64,000 nucleotides of DNA from the NCBI RefSeq assembly GCF_001194135.2, contig NC_068984.1:6261058-6325057 (forward strand), read 5' to 3'. The stretch's first letter is position 1. The number at the start of each line of letters is the position of its first letter. The stretch is from Octopus bimaculoides (lineage: Eukaryota). Of this stretch, positions 48,731 through 61,765 are shown piece after piece. The translations under genes and the position numbers were made by a program. The notes below the pieces were generated by a model. It saw only the letters and a program-made list of their open reading frames with translations, ran no database searches and was not told where the DNA came from.

Positions 48731-49790
48731 TCATCAGCATCATTTAACGTCCATTGTCCATGCTGACATAGGTTGGACAGTTTGATCAGGGCTTGACAGT
48801 TTGAGGAGCTGCACCAAACTGCAGTCTTATTTAGCATGGTTTCTATGTCTGGATGCCCTTCCTAATGCCAACCACTCCAAGACTGTAACGGGGCATGGGT
48901 GCCAGTTGCATGGCACCAGTATCTGCTATGGCTACGATTTCACTTGGCTTGATGGGTTTTCTTCTCAAGTACAGCATATTGCCAAAGGTCTTGGTCATTT
49001 GTTATTGCCTCTGAGAAGCCCAACACTCGAAAAGTGAATTTTATGTGCCACCGGTACAGGTGCCAATTATGCGACTCTGCATATTGCCAAAGGTCTTGGT
49101 CATTTGTTATTGCCTCTGTGAGGCCCTACACTCGAAAGGTGCTTTTTACATGCCACCCGCATAGGTACCAGTTAAATGAGATCGACATTAGCCATGACTA
49201 CTATTTCACTTGGCTTGATAGGTCTTCTCAAGCACAGCATATCACCAAAGGTTTTGGTTACTAGTCATTGCCTCTGTGAAGCCCAGCATTCAAAGATCAT
49301 GCTTCACCACCTTCCTGGGTCTATCTCTACTACAGGTTCCCTCCACAGTTAGAAATTGGCATTTCTTTACCCAGTTGTCCTCATCCATAGACATCACATG
49401 ACCATACCAGTGCAGTCATCTCTCTTGCACACAACATCCGATGCCTCTTATGCCCAATTTTTCTCTCAAGACACCTACACTCTGTTGTATATGCACACTG
49501 ACACTGCACATCCAGCGAAGTATGCTAGCTTCATTTCTTTCAAGCCAACACAAGTGTGGCCACAGCCCATGTTTCACTGCCCTGTAGCACAGCTGTTTGC
49601 ACACATGCATCATACAGTCTGTCTTTCACTCTGAAGGAGAGGCCCTTTGTTGCCAAGAGAGGTAGGATCTCTCTCTGAACTTTGCCCAGGCTATTCTTAT
49701 TTTAGCAGCTACGTTCTTGGAGCATCCACCTCTGCTACTGACTTGGTCACCTAGATAACAGAAGCTATCAACTACCTCTAGCTTACTTCA
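48731..49790 (-). mobile_element. Longest RTE LINE remnant: post-RT part of ORF2 plus duplicated 3' UTR
   Basis: KLEVVDSFCYLGDQVSSRGGC...IRIAWAKFRE...KGLSFRVKDRLYDACVQTAVLQGSETW...LERNEASILRWMCSV...LREKLGIRG...LHWYGHVM. Confidence 0.92.
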
Positions 49791-49897
49791 CTAGCATTTG
49801 ATGGAATCTATTTTCTGTACATGTACATTTTTAGTGTTTAGTGTACCTGTGCACCTTACACACACAAAACCTATTTTCCCAGTTAACCGTCCTCTGA

Positions 49898-50100
49898 TAT
49901 CATCATCATCATTTAACATCCATTGTCCATGTTGGGATGGGTTTGACCAGAGCTGGAAGGCTGCACCAGACTCCAGGCTGATTTGGCATGGTTTTCTATG
50001 GCTGGATGTCCTTCCTAACACTAACCACTCTGTGAGTGTAATGGATTCTTTTATGTGCCACCAGCATGGGTACCATTTGCATGACATCAGTGTCTGCCAT
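49898..50100 (-). mobile_element. Second RTE 3' UTR end
   Basis: (CAT)n plus terminal segment. Confidence 0.85.
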
Positions 50101-50157
50101 GACTGTTATTTTGCTCAGACACAGACACACATATATATATATACATATACATATATA

Positions 50158-50312
50158 TGACAGGCTTCTTTCAGTTTCCATCTAACAAATCCACTCACAA
50201 GGCTTTGGTCGGCCTGAGGCTATAGTAGAAGACACTTGCCCAAGGTGCCACACAGTGGGACTGAACCCAGAACCATGGGGCTGGTAAGCAAGTTACTTAC
50301 CACACAGCCACT
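50158..50312 (-). mobile_element. SINE family A head
   Basis: Reverse complement of head consensus. Confidence 0.85.
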
Positions 50313-51641
50313 TTTCAAGTTTTCTCTAATTTCTCTACAGCAGAACCTTTTCAAATAGTCTACCATTTATTTGCATTACATGCTCAGCTAGTGTAGTCAT
50401 GGAAGGGTATAAAATATATGCTGTAAGTGATGGATATGACAAGGAGTGGTGAGGTGGCATGGTTCTGTTATTTTAACATTGTTTTGTAGATGGATGGAGT
50501 GTGGTGTGGGAAGATTATATTTTACATCATTTCATAGATATCTGAAAAATTGTCAAAAAAGATAACATTTCAAAGGTAAAAGTAAAATCAAAAAGACAAA
50601 AACAAAAAAAGATAAAAAATAATAATTCAATAACAAACTTCAGAAGCTGAAATTAATCAATCAAAGGAGATAAGATAGTTTCAAGGAGATCAATAACAAA
50701 ATCTATCTTCTACCTTGAAAGATATCTAACTTGACTGGTTTCCATTTCGGGAAAGAAGCATGAATTCTTAGATTAACTTGCCTTGTTCAATATCTCACTT
50801 AAGTGCCATCAATTTATTTTGTTTTGCTGGCTTTCACTGTTCGAGCAACATAACAACAACAACAACATGAATAGTACCCTTTCTCATCAATGTATTTCTC
50901 CAAAATGTTATCAAACAGAGCTAAATCAATAGCAAATGGAATAGATAAAACTACAACAAAAGAAAATAATAATAAATTACAATTATACATTGCAGCTGCC
51001 ATATGCTCTTCACAGTTTGTTGCATTGGTTTACCCTTTCTTTATAAATACAATTCTGCAATTTAAAGAAAAATACTTGCTTTTGTGCTTATTGTTTTGCA
51101 AGGGCGTCAAAATCCATTTCATAACAAACACACTAAATGAAACATCATAATAAAAAGAGACCAAGACAGTTTCTATTGTATTTTTTCAATTTTCTTTTTC
51201 CTACTTCTTACTATTGGCTGTTCTCTACTTTTGAAATCTTTACCTAGCTGATACTTTGACCTTTAGTGAGTCAATTCCTTGTAGTGTGTGACACATTATC
51301 ACATTTGAATAGTCATACATTATCCAATTTCTAGACTTAAGATACAGTCATCTAACTTGTCAGGAGATATCTGAGACTATGAAATCACATTTTACCACGC
51401 ATTTCCATTGCCACTTGTTAATTAAGGTGGTGTTGCCAAAATTGTCTTTGTCCTACGCAAGTGATTGGTATAAGATTTTTTTTTTATTTAAAGATAAGTT
51501 ATAAGAATGCTGTGAGAATGACAGACCTTCACGATAATGTATGGTAAGAATGTTAATTTTGCGATTAACAAAACGTATCTGAAAATTTGAAAATTTCCCT
51601 TCTGAGTAGGATGGCTTTTACAGTGGAGACTCTTCTGAGAG

Positions 51642-51869
51642 TTAACCACTTCACCCTTTTGAGACCTGCCTGAAACCACCCTAGTTCTATGATATAAACT
51701 ACTGGTTTTAAAATGATCTTAATTAAAACCTTCCATCAAAATTTCATTTTAATTTATGTTCTAAACATCTGTTAATAATGACCAAGTTATCTTAATAAAT
51801 TCTGTATTATTTTCAAACTTAATCAAAACAAAGTGTATTTTAAAAGAAATATGATTACGAAAGGGTTAA
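51642..51869. mobile_element. piggyBac-type MITE (TTAA-flanked)
   Basis: TTAA at 51642-51645 and 51866-51869; right end GAAAGGG|TTAA; left end degenerate TTAA|CCACTTCACCCTTTT. Confidence 0.6.
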
Positions 51870-51990
51870 TCATGATCTGAACAGATTGAACAAAGCAAGA
51901 GTTCCAACATAGTGCTTCTTAATTATACAGACATTATGCTTGTATATTATATTTATAAAATGGATTGTTACTATAGCTCTAATCTGTTAT

Positions 51991-52545
51991 ATGCAAGCTT
52001 TCATTATTGTCAAGAAAACGTTATTGTTCTATCTCCTCTTATGCCTCTCTTTCTTTGAACTTGATAGTGCAATACTGCTCCAACTTAAACCCATCCTGCT
52101 GTTACCCTTTATTAAGTTTCACTTCTTAGATGCCACATTTAACTCTATACCTTATCTTTCAACCCTTGAACGGCATTCTTCTGGACTTCTGTTTTACCCA
52201 CTGTCAGCCAACTTGCAGTATTTCAAATTAAATACTCATTATATTAACCCCATCCAATCACTTTTATTCTTTAGCCAAGGAGAACATTACAAAATCAGGA
52301 CGCTACTGTTTTTATGTTTTCAAAGTAATAAATTAATAAAAACACTAGCCATCTCCTTGGCCTCTGTATTAACTGCCTGTTATATTATATTTGCTCGCTT
52401 TCTTCAATTTTACAAATGCAGCCTGTATAAGATGCCCTTTTGCTTCAAACATATATCAGTTTACCTTGATCTCTATCTCTCTTTCTATAAATATAATAAC
52501 AGTGGATTTACACTTCTTAACAAGTGCTTCACTCTTTTAATTTGA
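51991..52545 (+). CDS. Orphan hydrophobic ORF (184 aa from ATG; stop-free 51913-52542)
   Basis: Longest gap-free open frame in the window; no recognisable domain; may be non-coding. Confidence 0.2.
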   Translation: MQAFIIVKKTLLFYLLLCLSFFELDSAILLQLKPILLLPFIKFHFLDATFNSIPYLSTLERHSSGLLFYPLSANLQYFKLNTHYINPIQSLLFFSQGEHYKIRTLLFLCFQSNKLIKTLAISLASVLTACYIIFARFLQFYKCSLYKMPFCFKHISVYLDLYLSFYKYNNSGFTLLNKCFTLLI

Positions 52546-55519
52546 TTTTGTCTTTCTAAGATATTAAGGATATTAATGTCAAAAATGTTTAATAACCATA
52601 TTCATTCTAACATAAAAATAAAACACTTAGTTATTAGCATAAAGATGATTTCATGGATGGAAGAGGAAGCAAGCATGAACAACTAAGAATTCACTCATTC
52701 ACCGAGTCATTATTCAATTATAATGTGATTTTGATGAATTCATGTAACATCTAAAGCAGCATTCTGGTTTAACCATATCATATTTATTGGCAATCTCAGT
52801 ATGTTTACTAAACTATCAACACTTGATGAGAAAGCGTCTCTTCACTCAAATTAAAAGGAATTGATAAAAAAAAAAAAAGAATATCAAGTTAATAACATGA
52901 AAAAACACATGCATTTTGAATGCTTATTGATTACATAAGTTTTCAAATTTAAACATTTTCAGAAATTCTTGGAACAGTTTCATTATATCAACATATTTTA
53001 TATAGAACTGACAATTCTATCATAATGTAGATGTTATAACTCTATTGCAAGTCAATTGATTGCAACTAGTAAAATAATGGATTTAGTTCTAGAATAGAAT
53101 ATATTTATGCCAGGGTTCAAGCATGAAAGACACGTTCTGATGTAGTTAATATTTAAATATGCAAATCCATTTTTTTAATCTCTTCAACATTGATCATTCA
53201 CTTCTGAAGCAAGAAATTTACTGGATTTCCATGAACATTACAAAAGAACATGTAATGTGGCTGTAATATTATACTAGTTGGACAAAATTAAAACTGGTGA
53301 TTTTATCTTACTAGTCCACCTTTTAACAACACAAATACTGTCATAGTCAGACACCATAGTCACATATCTACATTACTACAATATTTCACCACACATCCAA
53401 ATTACTGCAGGAATCCACCATCACCGTAATCACACATCCACATCATTGTAATTATCAAATAGAATAGGAAAAAGCCAATAAAATAAAAGAGAAAAAGGAA
53501 ATAACCATCCAAATAGGTGTTGTGCACCATATTTTCTTGGCAATGCCGAAATATTGATGAAAATCCTCTTCCATTTAAAATAATTTTCTTTGATCTAATC
53601 AAATTGAATAAAAACTAAAAGCAGAATGAAACAAGCCTGGCAGGATATCTGATGATGGGTTATGGAACAAAAGACAACTGTTTGCAAAACAAAGTATACA
53701 AAGTACATAACTTTTGTTTGATATGTGAATGGAAAACACACACAGAATTTGGCTCAGTATCTGTTCCATTCGTTTGATGAACCAGTATTTGCACCTGCAG
53801 TCATAGCTATCAATTATGCAAGTTTTACTTTGGTACTGCACTTTAGAAGGCGTGTGCTTACAAACCTTTACATACACACATATCAATATCTATAACCATA
53901 CATGCGCACACATGCGCACAGCAATGCATAGATACATGTTTTCCTCTCACACACAGGTGAACAACTGCTAAAATAAATAGATACAGAGAAAAATACACAT
54001 ATACACTGACAGACAATATTAAAAAAAAAAGAGAGAAATTTCCATAAGATGTGTTATGTAAAACTGCAATTAATCAGTGAGTTCCCAACCTTTTATTCTA
54101 CTTGCTACTAGAAAAAATACTTAATTAATTTGAGATGCCAGCAATCTCTTCAACTGCTTTCTTGCCACCTAATCCTCTATGATTTATGTACTGCTTTGAG
54201 TAGAGTGTACATAATGTTGGCAACATACCACACACATATACACACAGCAACACCTCTCTAGGTGCATTGGCAACAGACAAAGACATAGTAAATGTCTGGA
54301 CTGGCACCAAATGTTTTGCAGAGAACTAATAGATAAACAAAGTAATGAAATAGAATAGAAAATTAGATGTAGTATAAAAGTTTTTTTGGTATTTTTTTTC
54401 TTTCACTGCTCATTTGCTTATTCTTTTTATGTAAACGAGTATTTCATCTCCCGGTACCCCTTCTTAAATATAAAAGTTTGAAGAAAACTTTCATTGAATT
54501 TTAAAATAGTTTCTTTTATTTACCTTTCTATATAAAGATATTTTTGGAATCCGTTTCTAGACATAATCCTTTCTGATTAATGGACAGTATTTTTTTTTTT
54601 TTGTCTGTAATTTCTCCCCAGACATCATGACTTTTTTTGAAGAGATAAAATCTAATAAAAGTATAAGAAAAAATGTTAACTTATTTCAATCACTATATTC
54701 AGTAACATCTAATTTTATAAAGGAAACTGCATAATAAGTGTAGTGGGTAGAATATGTCACTTGTAATCATCAGTTTAAGTTTTAGCTTCTCACACTACAG
54801 TGCAGATGTGTATTTCCTAAGGTTATATTGCCAATTTTATCTTCAATGTACCATGACAGATTCTTTTATCCAATGTGTCATCTTAATTATTTCAGTGTTG
54901 TTCATATAAATTAAATACGTGGCTTTCTTAATCACTTATTCTTAAATTCTTTTGAGATGGGCAATTATCATAAACTAGCCACCCAAGGATATGCTTTCAG
55001 CTTTTAATAAGTACTTAATGACGAGTCCCTAGTACTTTATCATTAATAAATTACCTTACTTTTTTGCTAGCTTAATTTTTCTGGATAGATTTCATTATCT
55101 TACACTTAATCTCAGATTATATATGCAATTAATATTTATTAAAAAATTTCAGTCAATATGAGTAATTAACTATTCTGTCAAGAAAGTTTACAGGTTGCTG
55201 TAAACCTTGGTGCAGTTAACCAAGATTACTATCATAGAGAAACCAGACATACTTGAGGATTAAGTGGAAATTTGGCAATACAATTCAAACATGAATACAA
55301 TTCTAAAATTATTTGACTTCTGTATTAAATATCAACTAACCAGCTACAACATGGGTGTAGAAGACATGCCTACAATATAACTCACATATTGAACATACTA
55401 CCTCTCTGAACATTGACACAATAAAGTTTTGACATCTAGTAGCTGATTGAGTAGAATCCCACAAGATTATCCATCATCATTCCAACAACAACTTTGGCTA
55501 TCTTTTTGAATTCAATACC

Positions 55520-55720
55520 TATATGACTCATGGACATGCTTATAAATAAAGAAAAAAAAATGCAGTGCAGCACCCATGACTTTTGGAAATGGTTTTCCAT
55601 GCTCAGAATTGTCAAAGCATGGAATAAATTATCCAAGTCAGTTGTTATCTGTCAGGACAGTGCATCCTTCAAAAATTCCATACTTTTTGAAATTGACCAG
55701 CACTACACCTGATGTACCCT
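55520..55720 (+). mobile_element. CR1/L2-type LINE 3' remnant
   Basis: WFSMLRIVKAWNKLSKSVVICQDSASFKNSI resembles the CR1/L2 end motif FFSxRVVxxWNxLPxxVV...SFK. Confidence 0.45.
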
Positions 55721-58700
55721 ATCCTCTTTATGACTCTATCATTTGTGTTTCACTCTGTGTACTCTGTACATACTTCTAACCATCATTGCTTTTTTTTTAA
55801 TTACACTTACTTGTCTCCTTTCTCTCCTCTCTTCTAAAGTTTTCTGATGAGATGGAGTGCAATTTATTATATATAGTGCAAATGAGCAAACGAGTACATT
55901 AAGCTCATTTTTATATTATTATGGTCTAACAAAATGCCAGCAGTATATATTCATCCATATTTCTTAAGAGTTTCTATTTTGTTTTCAATGCTTTTACAAA
56001 TTGTTCCTCTGCTTAAGGATTCATATCTTTCATACAAATACAACACTGAAATATGAATTACAACCAACCACCTGAAAAGCACTACAAGAAATTAGCATAC
56101 AGAACAATTGGTTAGCAAAAGAAATAATGTTTTTCATTAGTTCATAGTTTAACACATTCAACTGACATCTGCTGCATTATATAACTTTTTAACAGTACAT
56201 CCTGTTATTAATGAGTTGTTTCCAAGTACATCTGCCAACCATGTTCAAAATAATTGCTACATTATAACATCAATTGCTAGAGTAAATGTGTGGAATTCCT
56301 CCGAGATAAGAAGATAAGCTCTACCTGTTTAAAGTCATATTTGAAATTGCCAGTTGTATTGACCCTTAAAATAATGATCCTCTTTCTTAAACTTTTGCTC
56401 AAAGCCACAATTTTGTAGTAAAGGATTAGGTGATTGAATCAAACCTCAGTATGCTACTGGTACAAATTATATTGACACATGGAAGGTAATAAAAACTAAT
56501 TTTAAGCTTGGCAAGATTTTAACATGGGGCATAAAGCTACATAATGCTACAGGGCACTCTGATATATAAATAGCACTCTGATATTTTTTATACATCTGTT
56601 AGAACTCCAAAGTGAATAACAATGATAACAAATACCTTATGGAAATAGCAACCTATAAAATAAAAGATATAGAGGATAAGTCACTGTACTAAGAATAAAG
56701 GTTCGTTCCAATCAGATTCTTTTCATTAATAATTACTTTTTGAACCTAAAACGAATCAATACACAGATAAATATTTTATTAGTAATTCACTTGAGTTGTA
56801 AAAATGATTTGACATTTCTTTCTGTTTAGTAACAGTGATCCCTAAACCATTAAGTTTATCATAGTTACTTATTGTAGATTTGATACATTCGCCAAAACAG
56901 CAGGAAGGCAAATGGATAAATAATAGTGTATAAGTCTTTTACAGCCCAAAGATTTAGGCCTATGCTGCCTAAGCAGTTCTGTGATTTCAAGTCATTCAGG
57001 AAATAACACAATCAGGCATAGATCTATTTTTATGAACTATATGGTTATTTTCAGTAAAGCTATTTTTCGTCTTCTGGCAACAGTAAGTTTTATGGTGAAT
57101 ACAGATATGATCAAAATGATATCTATACTCACCATAACCACTACATAAAACTACAAAGAACAATAAGACAATGATAACTGAATAGTAATGGTATGTCATC
57201 TCTTTCCTTCATTTCTCTTTCAGTATCACTTTCTGTCCCTTCTCTTTTTAACAGCCAATCTTTCTCCTTTCTTAGGGAAACTATGTATGACATAACCTTT
57301 TATGTTCCATGTTGTTTTTTTATTTGTAATTTCATACAGTTCAGATCAATCATGAAATATCAGTTCATCTTTTCATTCACTACCATCCCCTGCTGATCAT
57401 TTCCTTTTTTTCCACACTGCCTCTCTTTTTTTTTTCCAACCAATCCTTTATTTACTTGCTTTCACATACAATCACATATAGGATGTCTATAAATGAAATG
57501 GAGTGGTTACTACTTTATAACAATTGTACATTAGATTTAGATTAGTCAGGGAGGTTGTTAAATTCTTGGAGCTTCTGATATTGAGGTTTTCTGGTATCAT
57601 GTAGCATTGCTTAAACCAGTTTTTCACCTGTCGTTTATGTATCATAGTCCTGTACTGTAAGTAATCACAACTATCACCAAATTCTGAACTGCTCATAACC
57701 TCAATTCAGATAGTGTGGTTGTTAAGGACAAAAAACAGCAATGAAATATATAAAATTTCATTAGTCTCATTTTAGAAAGAAATTCCTGTCTAAAGACTTC
57801 TGGTTTATTATATGGATATCTGTTTTCCTTTGTCTTTTTGCAATTTCTGGAATGAGTTCTTTCAGATAATGCTTCTCCAATTTTTTAACATCATGGCAAG
57901 TAATACCTCATTAACTATTATTTATTAATAACTGAATTAGAGAAAGAGAATTTAAACTTAGAGAAAATAGAATATTTTTGTGTTATCTATAGACACCAGT
58001 GCAAAATTCATATAGGGATTTAGTGAACTGTGCAAGAACAGAGTAATCACATATTTGATCAGTGTATCAATGTTTTCATTAGAGATGTGAGCTTTACAAA
58101 ACCTTTGAACTTAGAGGCAAAAACCTGTTTTAGCTTAATACTGAAGAAATATTTGTCAAACTGAGTAATGAGACTGCAGAGTATGTGCTTCAACAGAGCA
58201 ATGTTACCTACATTATATCAATGGAAGAAAATCAAGGCATATTTTGGAAGGTTTTTTTTGTTTCTTTTTTTGTTTTTGGATGTTAATTATACAACTTCCA
58301 AGTTACATAAACTACCAGACCCAAATCCAGCTCTGAGATAGGAAATCAATACTCAGGGATTAATATCTTCTAAATATATATGAAGAAGCTTATGTGCAAT
58401 CAACTTACCTGTATTCAACCTACCTGGATAGATGAAAGTGACGACAACAGGTAAATAACCACAATTACCAAAGTACATCAATTGTCATTATATCCTATGA
58501 GCAAATTTCATCTAAATGCATGTAATTATTATGTTTAAATGATTTTTATACAGGATTGAGAGATTCATATAGGATAATAAGCACTACAAGAATTTAAAAG
58601 TTAAGGAGTAAAATACAATATCTGTGGTCAATCAATGCAGCTACTGAATCAATTGATTATAAGGCATCATTATCACCATCTCTGCTAATCTCAAAATTAC

Positions 58701-59119
58701 CACTACCACCATCACCACACTATTATAGTAGTGCTATCGCCCACGTATTAACTGCTTGGATTTAATTTCATCCAATCAATTTTGAGTGCAACATCAACCT
58801 AAGTCTTCGGAAATATTCCATCCCTAACCTTAGTCTTCAGTATTATTATCTTGATGAAAACTCTCAGCTTATTTTACTGGGTACGATGGAAAGTGTCAGC
58901 TGCCTACAGCCAGCAAACTATGGTGACATGTGTTTACTGACCATCTTTCAAGAACCCTATGGAGAACTCTTGCAGTTTCAAGCAATGAGGATTTTTAAAG
59001 GTGTTCTACATTTACATTTGTACCAATTTTTTCGTGTCATGTTGGTACTTGAGTGCCAATATTTCTAAGTGTGCCAATCATTGTTGGTATCATGTCCACT
59101 TCCTTTGTTGCTCACAACC

Positions 59120-59310
59120 TGCATATTTCACAGTTAACAGCATTATTTTATCTGTCTTTACATTCTGAGTTCAAATTCTACCGATGTCAATATTACATTT
59201 CATCCTTTTGGGGGTCGATGAAATCAGTACTAGTTGAGAAATAGGGTTGATAAAATCAACAAACCCACTCCCCTCAAATTCCAGGCCTTGTGCCTATAGT
59301 AGAAAATATT
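59120..59310 (+). mobile_element. SINE family B
   Basis: TTCAAATTCTACCGATGTC...TTTCATCCTTTTGGGGGTCGATGAAATCAGTACTAG...CAGGCCTTGTGCCTATAGTAGAAA; reverse complement of 28396-28598. Confidence 0.7.
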
Positions 59311-59389
59311 ATTATTTTTATTATCATTACCATTATTATCATTATAATTGTTATCATCATCCTCATCACCATTATTATTATTTTTATTC

Positions 59390-60588
59390 AGTGCCAGCTG
59401 ACCAGTCCCATGCTGGTGGCACGTAAAAGGCACCATTCGAGCATAGTCATTGCCAGTACTGCCGGACTGGCTCCCGTGCTGGTGGCACGTAAAAGGCACC
59501 ATTCGAGCATAGTCATTGCCAGTACTGCCGGACTGGCTCCCGTGCTGGTGGCATNNNNNNNNNNNNNNNNNNNNNNNNNNNNNNNNNNNNNNNNNNNNNN
59601 NNNNNNNNNNNNNNNNNNNNNNNNNNNNNNNNNNNNNNNNNNNNNNNNNNNNNNNNNNNNNNNNNNNNNNNNNNNNNNNNNNNNNNNNNNNNNNNNNNNN
59701 NNNNNNNNNNNNNNNNNNNNNNNNNNNNNNNNNNNNNNNNNNNNNNNNNNNNNNNNNNNNNNNNNNNNNNNNNNNNNNNNNNNNNNNNNNNNNNNNNNNN
59801 NNNNNNNNNNNNNNNNNNNNNNNNNNNNNNNNNNNNNNNNNNNNNNNNNNNNNNNNNNNNNNNNNNNNNNNNNNNNNNNNNNNNNNNNNNNNNNNNNNNN
59901 NNNNNNNNNNNNNNNNNNNNNNNNNNNNNNNNNNNNNNNNNNNNNNNNNNNNNNNNNNNNNNNNNNNNNNNNNNNNNNNNNNNNNNNNNNNNNNNNNNNN
60001 NNNNNNNNNNNNNNNNNNNNNNNNNNNNNNNNNNNNNNNNNNNNNNNNNNNNNNNNNNNNNNNNNNNNNNNNNNNNNNNNNNNNNNNNNNNNNNNNNNNN
60101 NNNNNNNNNNNNNNNNNNNNNNNNNNNNNNNNNNNNNNNNNNNNNNNNNNNNNNNNNNNNNNNNNNNNNNNNNNNNNNNNNNNNNNNNNNNNNNNNNATG
60201 CTGGTGGCACGTAAAAGGCACCATTCGAGCATAGTCATTGCCAGTACTGCCGGACTGGCTCCCGTGCTGGTGGCACGTAAAAGGCACCATTCGAGCATAG
60301 TCATTGCCAGTACTGCCGGACTGGCTCCCGTGCTGGTGGCATGTAAAAAGCACCATTCAGGCATGGTTGATGCCAGTACCGCCTGACTGGACTCATGCTG
60401 GTGGCATGTAAAAAGTGCCCACTACACACTCAGAGTGATTGGCATTAGGAAGGGCATCCAGCTGTAGAAACTTTGCCAGATTGGATTGGAGCCTGGTGCA
60501 GCCTTCTGGCTAGCCAGCCCTCAGTCAAACCGTCCAATCCATGCCAGCATGGAAAGCGGATGCTAAATGACGATGATGACAAAGATGA
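59390..60588 (+). mobile_element. RTE LINE 3' UTR with identical 66-bp tandem units flanking a gap
   Basis: Units start at 59411, 59477, 59543 | 60199, 60265, 60331; terminal RTE segment and GAT tail at 60415-60588. Confidence 0.85.
59555..60197. other. Assembly gap (643 N)
   Basis: Run of N. Confidence 1.
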
Positions 60589-61704
60589 TCATCATTATTA
60601 AGGCAGCGATTTTGTATAACTGTTAGAGCACTGGACAAAATAAATTTTGTTATTTCTTCTGACTCGTTACATTCTGAATTCCTCATCTTTTCATATTAAA
60701 TACCTGTACCAATACAATTATTTCTTCTGCATAAATCTACTGATAACTCTAAAACTCAATTTCTTTTGCAACTCATATTGTACATCTGACAATTACATTT
60801 AATTTGCAACTAGCCAATCACTGTAGGTTCCTGACACTTTTACTGCTGATATTTCATCAACACATGGCATCATGCTTCTGATGCTGAACACACCTCACAT
60901 TAATCTCTTTCTTACAGAGATATCATCTTTGTCATTAACAATTCTATAAACTTCTTTCCATTCAATTAGTAGCCATTATACTGCCATCAACATATAATAA
61001 ATATATCATTAACAAGTATAAAATTTAAAATAATTCATGTCTAATAATAAAACTGTAGGTCTTAAGTTATAACAACAACAACAACAACAAATACAAGTAT
61101 ACTGTAACATAGTTATTCTTATGAAGAAGTGGCAGTTTTGATGTCATCAGTCTAACATAAAAGTATGAGAAAATGACCAAAGGCAAAATAATGAACCTTT
61201 ACAGCAAATGCCTAATTAAAATTAGTGCATTAAAGCCAGCATAGCTCAGTGAATTTACAGTGCTTTAACATAACTTAGAAGCATTTGAAAGTTTACATTC
61301 CTAGGTTCAAACTCTACTATGAATAATTCATTTACATTTTATTAGTTATGGATAATAAATAGCATTGATGTGGAAGCAATGTTCATCCATCAGTAAATCT
61401 ATTGTGTGTGATTCAAATCTATTCCTATTGTAACTTACATCACTCTTTCAAAACTATTCTTCTTTAGAACTTCTCTGTTGAACTCTTTCTAGCTATGAAC
61501 TGTATCAACTATTTACGAATCCTGCCTCTTTAAATATATAATGTATTAGATACTCATCACATGTTTATTGTAAACCAAAGAAAAACAAATAATTGTGTGT
61601 CTACTGTTGCACTTTGATTTGCAACTGTTCAAGAGAAATATCAACTGCAAGAGTCAACAACATATCTTCTATGTGATCATTCACTCTGCTGCTAGAAATA
61701 GCTG

Positions 61705-61765
61705 CCAAGGGAATCTCACCTTACTATCAAAAATCGTCCAAGGGAATCTCACCTTACTATCTAAA
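61705..61765. repeat. Tandem duplication, period 33 bp (CCAAGGGAATCTCACCTTACTATC x2)
   Basis: 24-bp perfect copies at 61705 and 61738. Confidence 0.85.

Noticed and set aside
54074-54095. hAT-like end CAGTGAGTTCCCAACCTT
   Set aside because: No matching opposite terminus or TSD seen.
59230-60386. Long ORFs (232-326 aa) in the ORF track
   Set aside because: Mostly X from the 643-N gap; the rest is a 66-bp (22-codon) repeat unit open in several frames.
59411-60395. CRISPR-like appearance of the 66-bp array (also the 62-bp array at 9189)
   Set aside because: No unique spacers, no cas genes, eukaryotic context; the 66-bp units derive from an RTE UTR.
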